Under the pieces are notes generated by a model. It worked only from the letters and a program-made list of their open reading frames with translations, was not told the DNA's origin and searched no databases. The position numbers and the translations under genes were made by a program. This document shows, piece by piece, positions 37,497-50,913 of a stretch of DNA of 64,000 nt; the stretch's first letter is position 1, and every line of letters starts with the position of its first letter. Location of the stretch: assembly GCF_008831285.2 (NCBI RefSeq), contig NC_045138.2, positions 30,442,001-30,506,000 of the forward strand, read 5' to 3'. This stretch comes from Nymphaea colorata. Taxonomy: Eukaryota.

Positions 37497-40400
37497 ATTG
37501 GATTTATTGCGCTACTGCCCACCGTGGCTGCCAATTCCGTTGACGGCTATAAGCAACGGCAACTGTTAGCAAGTGCTTGTCCAGACGCCGTTCGTTTGAC
37601 GCAGGCAGTGCGAGTTTTCCCGATGCAGGAAAGAAATGGCAAAGAGAAAAGCGTCTCCATTCTCCTATAGCTTTGTTATTTGAGGAACTCCCTCGTGGGG
37701 AAGGAAAAATAGGCATCTTGTTTGAGTCTCTCTCTCTCCCCCTCTCTCTGAGGTGCGAATGCGCCAGTTTTGTGCTCAAAGGTGCTCGGCCTGTTATTGT
37801 GTGTTGAGTATTCTTATTGGAAAAAAGCCCTTCTTCAATGAAGACGGTCGTGTTTAGAGGAGAAATATGTTCAATTGTGTACCTTTGAGTTGCTTTCTTG
37901 ACGAAAAGTGGCAGTCTTCAATGAACTTGTTCCTTGAGAAATAAATTCCACGGATCCTCCGGTGTCACGCTTTGATGTAAACACCATCATGAGCAAGCAC
38001 AAAGTTTGAGAATAGAACGTGGACATTGATTCAAGTTCCTCACTTTACTTTAGCACTCTTCACAACTCTGAGGTCAAGTTTTGTGGTACAATCCATTGCT
38101 TGGAAAAGACATTGCTTGGAAAAGACTTGAAGGCCTTCCTGCCAACCGACCGTTCATGGTCTAGGAGAATAGCATCCACAAAAATTGAATAACAATACAG
38201 GCCTGCCCGCCCAATCAGTTATGTTGCGCATGATTGTCTGGATAGTTCATGTATGAGTCATTTTTTTTTTCTTACGCATCGAGTTCGAGTTCATGAAATA
38301 AATGCCTTAGCTATCAGACTCTTAACATCTTTGAGGCTCTTTACTCATTTATTATAGAAGAACCATTTGTCCTCATGAATATCGTAGTTGGGAGGTTGGG
38401 AGAAGCTTGTTCTTCGCTTGTGCACAATTTCTCATGATTATTATATGCCGATAAAACTGGGCTGGCTAAATGTATGAAAATTGATCATTATATAAGGTTC
38501 AGTACCACCAGAAGTACTGAAACTCCAAAATAAAATCTGAATCATTTATGTTAGTAACTCATAAAATTCCTCTTCTAGAATTGATATTCCGTCCGTGGTT
38601 GGCGGTTGGGACTTGAGCGTGTGTAAGGACCAGTGCCAAGTGGCTCTTGAATTTTGAATAATTCAAGCTAAATTAACCAAGTTTAACCATGATCAGAGTG
38701 CTTGATCCTATCATAATCTACCTTTCAATTGATTGAATCGGAAGCACAATAATGAACAAAATTGTAACTTTTCAAGAGCAGTTATACGGTAAATTGGCCA
38801 TCTCAATGTTAACAACAATCATGTCAGCTCTTGTTGCTCCACTCATGCGCGCTTCTTTGGAGAATGAGAATCGCCGTCGAAATCACTTTTCCGTCTGCCA
38901 TTGCAGTCTCACCTCACCTGCAAAAGTTGCCTGGTAGGTTGGATCTGAAACAGCAAAATTCATTTGACGCTGCGTCGGAGTCGATGATCTAGTATATCAA
39001 AACAAATCTATCCTTTTCACCAGATATGACCCACTTGCAAACTCTTATCTAAAATTGTATCATCTTTAAGAATAAATTGAGGAAGATCTTGGAGACTTAC
39101 GGCGTTGCGGACGATCATATTCAAGGTTTAACTTGGTTGTATTTTTTAGTAGTAATGGAACAAAGAAATTAAACGTGTCTCTCTTGCTCCCCGAAGCATC
39201 GTCATGGAACTCGCCACCTGCTTGGTTTTGGCCGCAAGCAAATTGCATGGTCATCCATAGATTCATCCACCGACGCGTGGGTATTTCACTACCATCATCG
39301 TCGTCGTCGTCTGCATCACGGATATGTTCATCGTGGGCATCTAAAATGTGCAAAATTTTCAGGCTTGGTCCGGACATTCAGAAGTCGCCAATTCACTGCG
39401 AAGACCATCATCACGGCCATTGATTCGTCCACCGATATCCGGATATTTCACCATCACCCACATCCTTATCCTCATCGCCGTCTTGGATTTATCAATCCTT
39501 CACTCTCATCATCGTCGTCGTCGGCGTCACCATCATAAATTCATCTGCTGACTCGATATTTCAATACTCAACTTCATCATCATCTTTGATGCCAATAATA
39601 CCTGACAGACAAGGAAACATCAATACTTAAAATCTATTTGGATTTTGTACCTCATTCAGAAATTAAGAAATTTGGATCTTTCGAGGTTCTGATCTTAGGC
39701 CAAGCATTTAATGGGAATACCACGGCAGCTTGAATCCAAATTTCTATGTTTTTTGAATTGACTTTCGGATAGTCGCCAAGATAAGAATGTAGATACATTG
39801 TTCATGCCGATCTCCAGATTCTTGTATTAAGATAAATTAAAGAAGTCAGATGGAGAGTTTCATCAAAATTTCGGGCTTCAGGGATTTTGGAAAAGCTTTC
39901 TTATTCTAATAACACAACATTTCTTGAACATAAAACTATAAAAGCTCTCTAATTATGAGTTGAAAAGTTTTTTTTAGTCTTTTCTGTTGTCCGCATATAC
40001 TAGAAAGCACAATGGGTATCTTCTTGACTAATTTAGACCACATTAACTTCTTGTTGAGCAAAAGATTGAAAATTTTTACATTGAAAGAGAAGTTGGGTGT
40101 ACTTCCAAATAGCGTCTCAAATTATTTCATAAGAAAGTGTGCTGCAAGACAAGCTTCTGCCTGTTTTCTAACGATGACATAATAGGTTAAAAATACTTCC
40201 AAATAATATGCATATGCATTGTTTTCGCTGACATATGATAAAGTTAGATGTAGGTTGGATTGATTGGAACAACATTTTTTAGATTTCTTCGTTTTTGTTT
40301 GGGAGATTTTGTAATTTGATATCTACCAATGAAATCATTCAGAAAAACTAACTAAAATTACTACAAAGATTCCTTTATGAGGATGGGAATGGGTAAGGAT

Positions 40401-41186
40401 ATACAATGAGTATGGGCCATCTTGGGCACGACTTGAACTCAAGTGCAAGTTCAACTCAAGCTCGACTCGCTTAATAAATAAGTTGACCTTGAATTTGAGT
40501 TTAAACTTCAATGAGTCAAATTCGAGTTGCTTGAGCTTGACTTGTTTAAACTAGACTCGGTTCATGTCTTTCGTATTTGTTAACTTTTAGGGGTATGCCA
40601 ATAATTTTTTATGGATTTTAATACCTTTACGTGGTAAGTGCAAAAACAATCCTTCTGAATAGTCCATTAATTCTACGACGATAGTGTCTGCCACACTGGA
40701 TATTGTATGAGGAGACGACACAACCATGAAAAAGGAAAGCATAGAAACAAAAAAAAGAGTACCAACTAATGCAAATTTTTGGACAAATACTCTCAGTTGG
40801 TGAAGGACGCCGTTTCTTCTACTAAAGTTTTTAACTGAAGTTTCTGTACTCTTCTAAAAAACCGTTCACAGTGGAAGAGTGAATTTCTTTTGGTCTAAGG
40901 CAATGTACAGTTTTACAAAGGAGAAACTCATTTGGACCACATAAAAGGACCAAGCTTATAAATCAAACAACAATGTGAGCATGCCGAAGGTTTGAAGCGC
41001 GGTTGCCCTAGTGACCTTAGGCAATAACCATGAAGAGGTCCCCTTGAGAACTTCCGCAAAACTTCAGCTGAGTACCACCTCTTACCTACAACATTTTGTT
41101 CCAACCTCAGTTCAGCCAAGTTGTTATGAATGGTCTTCGTCTGTCTGATCCTGACAAACTTTGTTATCTATATCGGTGGCTTTTAA

Positions 41187-41318
41187 GGGCCGTTTGGCAG
41201 TGGAGACACTTTGTAAGTGTATCATGAATCCGTTCTAAAAATTGGGGCAGGTTCATCGGTTGATGAACATGCTCCAATTTTTAAGAAAGATTCAGTGTCC
41301 CTACTACCAAATTACCCC
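41187..41318. mobile_element. Tourist-like fold-back MITE
   Basis: Ends GGGCCGTTTGGCAGTGGAGACACT / AGTGTCCCTACTACCAAATTACCCC, flanked by TAA/TTA. Near-palindromic core. Confidence 0.7.
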
Positions 41319-42963
41319 TTATGTAATTGGGAATGGGTAAATTCTAAACGAACTTGAAACAATATGCTATTATAACACATATTTATAATTGGATGCTCCT
41401 ACTCCTTTGCGCTTCCTCTTTCTCTCTCAACTCTTCCTCTTTCTCTCTCAAGTGAAACTTACTCTCTGAGTGTCTGCTCATCCTTTAGAGGAAGCTTGGT
41501 TCCCAGGGTAAAAATTGGTCTTCTTAAATTATGGCGAATGAACTCGAGCAAATCCATTTATAAACTGTGAGCTAATCAGTCACGATTTTTAAACGTAATC
41601 TACACTGTCTTCTGAGATTTTTGGTCCAAAAATGAATACAAAATAATACTCACTTGGAAAGGGCACTTAACCTTCAACCTTCTAAAATACTTTGAATACG
41701 TATCCGTCCTTAACTTCCGGATGTTCCACTTGCACCTATGGATTTGGCTTGCTCAAGGTAGGACGCCTACGTACAGAATTCAAACAATGACTACAAATCT
41801 CACAGGTCACAAACCCTACCGTGCCAGCCATTTTTGCAACTGTATCTAGAACGTTTAAGGAAACAAAGTTTCTTATTGTGTATTGCAATAGTTCAAGCAA
41901 GGAAGATGTCTCGCCCCATGTGGAACGATACGTTAGGGTTGTAGGAATAATAATACAGCAGAAAATGTTCTACAAAGATCACGTGAACTTTTTCATGGTG
42001 TTGCATTGGCAAGGTACATTGATTGGGAGCAGGCACACTAAGGGCATCATTTGGCAAATGAAATACTTTGTGAATATTCCATTAATCCACTCCAAACTTT
42101 GTGATAGAATCATGAAATATGCAGAGTGTTCCCTCTGCCAAACGACCCTTAAGAGTTCTGTCCTAGAGCATTTCTCATCATCACAATTAAAAAGACACAA
42201 CAGATTCATATTAGCTAACACAGAAGAGAGTCTGTTTCAGCTGGTCATGGTTTCAAACCTCGTTCTTGTTCATGGAGCAAAGGCGACTCCGACTTATATT
42301 GCTTGTTTGCGTGAAGATTCTGAGGCCCCGTTTGCTTCACCTACTTTCCCCATAAAGTTAAATCAGTTAATCTTAGGAAAAATTATTGATTTTTTCAGGC
42401 TGGATGAAACAAAACATCAACAGGGCCATTTTTTATGGGCATATTGCCAAATACACTTTACTTTCTCTGCGTGCTCAACTTGACATATAGCAAAGTGATG
42501 CCCTACCTGCTCTCATATGATTTCTCCTTCCTCATACAATATGCCCTTTTTGTTGCACCACTTCTGGCCCCAACAAAACTTTCTCATCCTGCAGCTGAGG
42601 ATATATACTTTAGAGTCTTACACTGGTCACCACTTGAATTGTTGCTGGATAAAGAAACAATGATTGGATCTCCTTTCCCAATCTCCAATCTCGAACAAAT
42701 TAAAATAAAGCAAAATGTTTCATGGTTATATTTTATGTCTTTCCTAAAAGAAAAGTTTGATTAATCTGCCATAGTTTTGGTAGCTAGCTCACATGCAGTT
42801 TGTACATTACATTTTAATTATTAGGTGGCTTAGGATCTGAGAAGTTTAAATTTGGTTGAGTGGGAAGAGCTTGGACCACTAGGTCAATCAACTTGATGGC
42901 ATAAGCCAGAATCATCTTCTAGATATTTACCTAATAGCTAGCTACCTTATAGAATTAGGAGCC

Positions 42964-43078
<115 letters not shown>

Positions 43079-43305
43079 AATAGCTAGCTAGCTTATAGAA
43101 TTAGGAGCCCAAACACACACACACACAGATATATATATCACTTGTAAACTTAGTGTTGTGGGGATGGTGAAAGTGCTTACTTTTGGCCCACAGATCAAGA
43201 ACAGGACCCGTACCATGAGATTAATTTTCTTTTGCTCTTGGCTACATGCATCTTTTCCTCTTGAGAGGGGCAGAGAGGTGTATGGGTATGCAAGAATGAA
43301 CATTC

Positions 43306-43353
<48 letters not shown>

Positions 43354-43356
43354 CCA

Positions 43357-43508
43357 CAGTGCCGGAGCCACAAGTGAGCCTACACGGGCTGCAGGTTTTC
43401 AATGAGGAGTGCACCTGGGTCCTGGGACCAGCCGTAAGAGCTGTCGTCACTAGATCCAGGTTTGCTTGTTGTATGCTCCCCTGCAAAAAATTTCTTGCTC
43501 CGCCATTG
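43357..43508. mobile_element. hAT-type MITE (CAGTGGCGGAGCCA family)
   Basis: Ends CAGTGCCGGAGC / GCTCCGCCATTG. Degenerate TSD GATTACCA / ATTTACCA. Adjacent to a (GA)n tract. Confidence 0.7.
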
Positions 43509-45919
43509 ATTTACCATTGCACTCGACGTAGTCTGTCATCTATAATATTGTTCAATCCTTACTCCATCACTCCATGTCTCACATGGACGTCGGGAACACG
43601 ATTTGAAAGCAGAATTGGCACCTTCGACCATCCCTCATGTCAGTTCGTGTCTGTGTGTGTGAGGCTTGAGCAAGTGCTTGTATGTGAATGCAAGCATGTT
43701 GGCATGTATGGATTGTAAGAGCATCTAACTAACAGGACCCGTAGAACATGTCAACTAGTTAAGAACAGCTAATTAAGAAAATGTGAACTCATTTTCAGTA
43801 TTTCACTGGACATGTTGCTATTAATTTTAAAGCTAAAAGGTTAAGGTGCAAATTTCAAAAGCAGAAACAGAAGCGACCCTCCATTTGTCCTTAACCTTAA
43901 AGGAGCCATTGTACAGTACTTCACATCCTTCCCAGTTAACATATTCTAGGGACGCCTGATCACAGGCATGCTTTGAAGTGAGAAAGCATAACACAAAAAT
44001 GAACATCCTTCTGCTCAAGGGAACCCTTCTCTTCAATGATGGAGGAGCTTTCTCTAAGGAAAGAACCCCAAGGATGGGGTAAGTCAGGAACATGAGAATT
44101 CATGGTTTGACCATTATATATATGGTTCATGAAATATGTGCAACAAAAAATATAAAGTTTTATGCGCTAATTATGATTGCTCACCAAAGCTCATCAAATC
44201 CTTATCCAAATTCATGATTGCTCACCAAAATGGATGCTGGGCATGGAACTGCGAATGAATATATAGCTTTTCACAGAATAAGAACGATATAAATAGCTAG
44301 GCGAAAGAAAGCAAGTGCAATATTATTAAATTATTACGCCGAAATGATGTGAACATGATGGGTCTCGTCAAGGCTGATGAAGAACCAGCATGTGTCGTCA
44401 CATATCCACTCAAAAGGTCAAACATTCAACTCAACGTAGCTTATAGTTAAAAACCTTTTCTTTTCACAGTAAAATTCTTTGCCTTGGTCCACCTCATCTA
44501 GAAGGCATACTGTTTTAGAATATCACAATTTACCTAGAAAATTCCAGTGGAATCAGGACATTTTCAAAAGAAGAAAGCTCCCCTTATTTGTAGCCGCATG
44601 ATATTTTCTCGAGAAAAAACGAAAAAAAATGTAGATTATAAGGTGATCTTTTTTCTCTAAGAACGAGATCTGTGATGACAACCCTTCACCAAGATATGAT
44701 TTATTCCCGAAATGTTACCAACCCTGACATATATTATAATTAAATGATGCGTAGATCTTGAATGATTTATAGAATACTGAAATCTCCTTGCAACAAATTG
44801 AAATGCTCTTCCAGTTGTTTACTGAATGTTGCAAAGAGAAAAGGACGAGCACCTTTTTTAAAAAAAATTCACCTCCCTCCTCCTTGATGCACGCGGATAT
44901 GTGGTCCAGTAAGAGAAAGCTAGCTAGCATCCCAAGAGCACCACTAATGTCTTTATTGTTGGTTTTGCAAATTAAGATAAAATAGGATAGCTTGGTCTGC
45001 AATTTATTAATTTCTTACGCTTTTTGCTCAATTATCGACGGGGAACCAATCATGTTTGAAGCAATTGTTCGTTTATCGATCAAAATTTTCAAATATCATT
45101 GACCACTATGTTAAGAGTGACAATGATGATGATTCTCCAAATTCTTTACTGTTTTTAATTGATTTTGCTGCTTAATTTTATCTCTGGGAGAAGATGATTT
45201 GGATCTATCTGTCTGATATCTATGTCGAATTTGATTCTGATTATTCTGGTTACAATTATAAGATTTCTTTTGCTGAACATTTGAAACCAGTTCTGTAGTT
45301 AATTTGTTTACCAGCTGATAGTAGTCAAAGTTGGCCATATGTAGCTATATATTATATATTCTTGGTATTTTATGTTGTTCACAATGAGTTATCTGTATTT
45401 ATTTTCAGAAAAGAAAAGAAAAAAAAGTGCCCAGATTGTAATAAGAACATCGACAGTACAAATACGTAAGTAATAACTTACTAAAGCATCAATCAAATGC
45501 TAATATAACAGCGAAACAAAAATAATTCGGCATATTCTGCAAAGAATTTGACTGATAAGAGAAAGGGATTTGAGGATGTTGGTCATTCAAGCCACAGAAT
45601 TAATGTTAAACCTCTCTCTAGATCTCTCCGTTTCATAATATATATAGTTAGCCACATGAAATGGCATCGTATAGATGGATTGGTGCTATTTAAAATAGAA
45701 AATGGAGGATTTTTTAATTGAAAAGAGAAAGGCGCATGAGCTCACCACCTTTATTCCCTAACCAACATGGCAATACTGCCCAGCTTTCCAATCCCTTGGG
45801 CAAATATTTATACCCATACCGAGGTAGCTCTCTCCTCGGCAATTGGTGGTAGGGTGGTCTTATATGCAGGAAGAAAACAGGTGGGTATTCCCTGTTTCTT
45901 CTCCTGAGGATCTCTGTCC

Positions 45920-46017
45920 ATGGAGGTGACAGAAGAGAGTGAGCACACATGGGGGTTTCTTGCATGAGAGCTCATGCTCGAGGCTATGCGTGCTCACTTT
46001 CTCTCTGTCACCCCTCT
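45920..46017 (+). ncRNA. MIR156: MIR156 precursor hairpin; mature miR156 at 45927-45946, star strand at about 45992-46012
   Basis: Exact canonical miR156 TGACAGAAGAGAGTGAGCAC on the 5' arm. Complementary GTGCTCACTTTCTCTCTGTCACC on the 3' arm, with flanking GAGG/CCTC pairing. Confidence 0.97.
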
Positions 46018-47752
46018 TTACTTCTTCTTCTTTCTTTCATCTCTGCGTATACATGTGTTTGCTGTTGTATTAATAACTCCAGTTGGACTTTGCAACCGAG
46101 GATTCAGATAGTAGGAAATCAAAATGAACAAGCTTTTGTTGTAAGTGCCAATCCCTCTCTCACTCTCTCTCTCTTTTTGCATGTTTGTTTCATATATTGC
46201 ATGTAATATGGATCAAAGGATGCTGCAGATTACTTTCTTCTGGTTCAGGATGCTGCAGATTACTTTCTTCTGGTTCTTGTGCTTCTGATGGAGCAGACTC
46301 CACACGCGCACACACATACACACATATACAGAGAAAAAGAAAGAGAGACGTGTTGATTGTACAGGCAGTATCTCGTGTTGGATGCTTCAGCGGATCCGAC
46401 GTCCTTCTGGTGTTGTTTTCATACTTAAGAAGCGCGCCCAATCCGAATAACAGAATCCTGATTTCTTTTCCTTAAACAAATCACGCGTGCTTGTCTCTTC
46501 TCTCTCTCTCTCATCCATCGATGCCTTCCTGGTAGCGCTCCCCAGAAGGCTTAGGGAGGAGAGCAAATGGTGGCAGCAACCACTGGTGTTCTTTTCTCGC
46601 TGTCATCTTTTCGGGAGTGGTTCCCTTCTGCGGGCTGCCTCCTCAATCCACTGATTCGCCCTCCTCTCTCTCTCTCCCTTCCCCTCTCTCTGGGATCTGA
46701 TTTTTTCTGTTCCAAATGAACGCATGACCATGTGAACGACGAAGCCTTAATGAAGATCGGCATCCAAATGATCAGAAAATTACCTGCCCTTGAACTGTTT
46801 CTGACTCTTCTTCTTCTTCTTCTTCAGATTCTAAACCCCAAAACAAGTAAAAAGCAGTCACACCCTTGCCTTGACAAAATGTTACCACGGAAGATCTGGA
46901 TCTTTTCTTTTTCATCTTCTGAAGTCTGTGTAGGAGGCTGGAGATACACCAAGGAGCGGTGTGATTCTCCTTCTAGGCTTGTCGTCCCTTTCCACGCGCT
47001 CCGGGACGTTCGAAAAAGTAGTCCACACCCCAACGTGGGTTTGACATGACTGTTGCCATTCATGAACGAGGATGGTCCACAACCTACTTCTGTGTCGCTC
47101 TAGCTTATTGAAACTTGTACTTGATTTATAGTACTTATCCTGTTATCCAAGAGTTTTCCGCGCCAAAGAAATTTCTTTACTTCTTATACATATTCTTGGA
47201 TCTTGATAATAATGGCAACAGTAAAAAGCTCAGATTTAAATCTTGCCCGAGTGAAAATCTTTTCTAATGCTTATCTTCTTCTGATAAAAGGGTTAATGTT
47301 TTCTTACCTCCCTTCTCCCAAGATAAACGTGTAGGTCTCTCTTTCTAGCCGACCAAAGAGAAGTAACTCTTCCACGCCCATCAACAATTGGCAGACCTAA
47401 CCACAACCATTTGAAATTCCAAAGCCCTTTGCCAGCTAGTGTTGGAATCTAGTCTACATGCTGCATATAACACAAATAACTTTCTCAAGGTCCTCTGCCT
47501 TTCTTGTAGGTCAATGGGGGACGTCCCCTCATCTTCCAGTTGAAGTGTTCTACCATGTTCATAACATTTAAGGATTACCATCTTCATTCTATAGCTCCAA
47601 TTGTTTTGAAAAACCATTTTTCCTACATGCGCTGTAGTAACTCAAGTGACTGTGTCCTATCATCTCCATAGCATCTAATGTATTGTTTTGAGAAGCGACG
47701 ACTTAGTTATGACTTGTCAAGTTCACCTAATCTAGGGAACGTATGAGCTCTC

Positions 47753-47785
<33 letters not shown>

Positions 47786-48276
47786 TCGTCTTTCATTCAT
47801 TGTTGGGTGACTCTTCTCTCATTGTTCTTATTCTGTTTTATTGTACTATTGTCTTGTATATTTCATTATTTTATTTTGTTTTTACGGTTTGTTTTTATAT
47901 CTAAGAGACTTAAATTTTGTTATGCACTTCCATTTTATGGTCTCCTCTTTCGCTCTCTCATAGAGAAAAAACAAACCTGATGACATACACCCATGACTAT
48001 TGCTATCCTAGCAGTATAAAACTCCCCTCGTTGAACGCTTCCTCTTGCAAGAGTATTTTCCCAAATAAAATATCACTTGCTCCCCTTCTAAGAAGGAAAA
48101 GGAAAAAGCTCGCCTCTGCTAATCGGTGTTCTTATATCAAGCCATACATACTTGGTCTACTTACAAAGCCATGGAAGTAGCTAGCAGTAGCAGTTTCTTC
48201 TTGTCCTTGTTTATTTGTTGGACATGTTTGGTAAGTTAGACGCACGGACAGACATAAGATAAGAGTTGTGTTTACT

Positions 48277-48325
<49 letters not shown>

Positions 48326-49049
48326 AACTTATCTCCACTGGTTTCACAGATATTTACGTGATAGAACCATTCATGATGTCTGACCCTCCACTGTTAACAC
48401 GGCCCATAGATCATAGGCTAAATGAAATTCATAGAATAATGATAATGCTTTTACTAGTTGGACAAATTTAACCTACTTGTGATGCAATGTTAATGGGTAT
48501 AGAACTCATCGAAAGCCCAATTTAAGGACAGGATTGATGGGAAAAGTAGAAAACAGAACCAACACCGTAGAAACATCAAAGATAAATGACTAGATAGACC
48601 TAAAGTCTTACTTGCGATGCAGTATTTTTCCCACTTTTCGAGATAACTTATTCATCTAATCTTAAATATAGCTGCAACAATCAGATCTAGAAAGAGGCCG
48701 GCCAGATGATACGGGTTTTTTTCTATAATATCGCTGAGAACTTAATGTTGCCGTTAGTTTACAACTAATGGCAATTGTAGCAACACTTTTGTGTGGAGAT
48801 GCTATGCTATGCCCTTGAGCCCTATGTATCTGCAGATGAGAGTTGTTTTAGTAACTTAATTATTGCTTATTTGATCTTTTTTTTTTTATTTTCCATGGCT
48901 TGATGTTTATCTACCCATAAATCTTAAAATATTTTGCATTGGCATGTCGACGATGCAAATTCTCAGCTCAGTTATATATACATTTTGCAATAGAATTTCA
49001 AAATTGCCCTTATATTTACTTGAATTTAAATTAAAAAATAATAATAACG

Positions 49050-49235
49050 TACTCTTACTAAGTATCGCTTTTGTCACTACCAACAAGATATGGTTGTAAA
49101 AAATGAGAAGTTAAATATGAGCTCAGAAACCTGTGAATAATGCCTACATATGGCATACTCTTGCTAAGTATCGCTTTTGTCACTGCCAACAAGATATGGT
49201 TGTAAAAAATGCGAAGTTAATTATGAGCTCAGAAC
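49050..49235. repeat. Direct duplication of about 79 bp
   Basis: TACTCTTRCTAAGTATCGCTTTTGTCACT...TATGAGCTCAGAA at about 49050-49128 and 49157-49235. Confidence 0.85.
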
Positions 49236-50619
49236 AAACAATGAAGAAATTATAACGTTTTCATGTCCTTCGTAGGAAGTAAAAAGCAAACCCGTTCTAT
49301 ATATATATATATATATATAGACGGAACCATATGCAAGTTTCCCAAAAACCAAGTACTTTTCAACGAGTACATATGAAACTTCAAGATAATTATTACGTTA
49401 AGGCATGACAAAAGGTCCAAAAACATAGTACCTAGATTTCAATCCGAAATACCTTAAAATAGCAATATCTTAAAGGGGGGACTAGTGATCAGAATGTTGA
49501 GTTTACGCCGTTGTTTGAGAATCAACAACATTTCAAATACAGCAACCTGAGGTGCACTTACTGCCTAATTCCATCAAGCTGTTGGAAAATAAAGTTGCCT
49601 ACCACATATATTTCTATAGTAATTATTAATTTGAATGATAAAGAATAATGATTAGTTCTAAGTATGTTACTTTATGATTAAAGATGAAATGGCATATGTT
49701 AATAACATGTATTTCATATACTAGCTACCCATGTTTTTGGACTATCTTACACAATGATGAGAGTTAACCATAGATAAAATGTGATTAACCTAGATCGAGT
49801 GCCAACCCTCGCTTTCTTTTTCTACTTTTTCCTTACTGACAAGGAGAAAACAAGCATTGTGGCTTTGATGCCCCCACATTATTGAGCCAACATCTAGCTG
49901 CATATAACAGGAAATAATATGGATGAGATGTTTCCATGATATATTGTCGTACTTATGAAACTGCAATTTTTGTCTGCCCAAGTGTTGTACTGCAGGTATA
50001 TGACACAGGCAGTTTGAAATTTTCTTAAATGTGTAATAGGATCTGTAAATATACAAGAAATTTCAGATTGGGATACCATCTCTCAGGATTTCAGCAACAA
50101 GTGTCAGTGGTGGAGAATAAGGATGTGAAGGATTTGAATAACATTAATAAGGAGACATAAAATATACTAATAAGAAGCATAGTGAGCTTAATCTAAAGTG
50201 AAATGCAGTTACCAATTGCTGTTTTTGGTTTAATTACTGAAAAGGGTGCGAAGAAGTGGCAACAAAAGCAGTTTTCTGTATATTCAGATATTGTGATTTC
50301 TGTTTATGTTAGATCGCCGTCACACTTTCATGCTGCGGGCATAGATATTGTGCAGGATGCTCTTTCCCTCGTACGCGCTCTTTCCTGTTCATTCTTCGTT
50401 TCATAATTGGCGTTTCAATTTTTACAGATCTTTTTTTTTTTCCACGCTTGTTCCTTTGGATGTTAAGTTTCGTCCTGACTGCTTTTGTTCCACTGAGGGT
50501 AATAATTTGCACGTAAACTTCTATTGGTTGCATTCTGTAGAATTTGTAACGGGACGTTCTTTCTGTCCGTTCCTCTTCTTTCTTTATTGTTCACACACAC
50601 ACACACATATATATATATA

Positions 50620-50866
50620 TTGGTAGATTCCAGACCCTTAAGAGCTAGATCTGTAAGGAATCATCTTGATTGTTGATTTTTTCAAGATAAATGGTTAAGA
50701 AAAAAATAGTAAGAGAAAAGAGATCAGGAATTTTAATAATCAAAGCATTAATTAGCAACTTTTTCTCCTTGTTTTTCTTTGATCAATCATCTATTTCATA
50801 AACATTAATGACCAAGATGATTTATTACAGGTCTAGCACCTGACCTAAGGGTTTGGTACCTATCAA
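50620..50866. mobile_element. MITE embedded between (TA)n tracts
   Basis: Left end TTGGTAGATTCCAGACCCTTA versus reverse complement of the right end TTGATAGGTACCAAACCCTTA. Internal inverted ATCATCTTG / CAAGATGAT. A truncated relative sits at about 51515-51700. Confidence 0.65.
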
Positions 50867-50871
50867 TTTCT

Positions 50872-50913
<42 letters not shown>

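Noticed and set aside
41821..42764. 220-aa and 109-aa ORFs
   Set aside because: Non-ATG starts, no recognisable motif or exon structure in any frame I translated; cannot be supported without a search.
46208..46260. miR172-like sequence (GATGCTGCAG)
   Set aside because: Only the 3' 10 nt match, there is no star arm, and it is not in target orientation on the MIR156 strand.
47381..47617. 78-aa minus-strand ORF / possible LINE ORF2 remnant
   Set aside because: Resemblance is too faint to call; likewise the RNase H-like fragment near 52600-52720.
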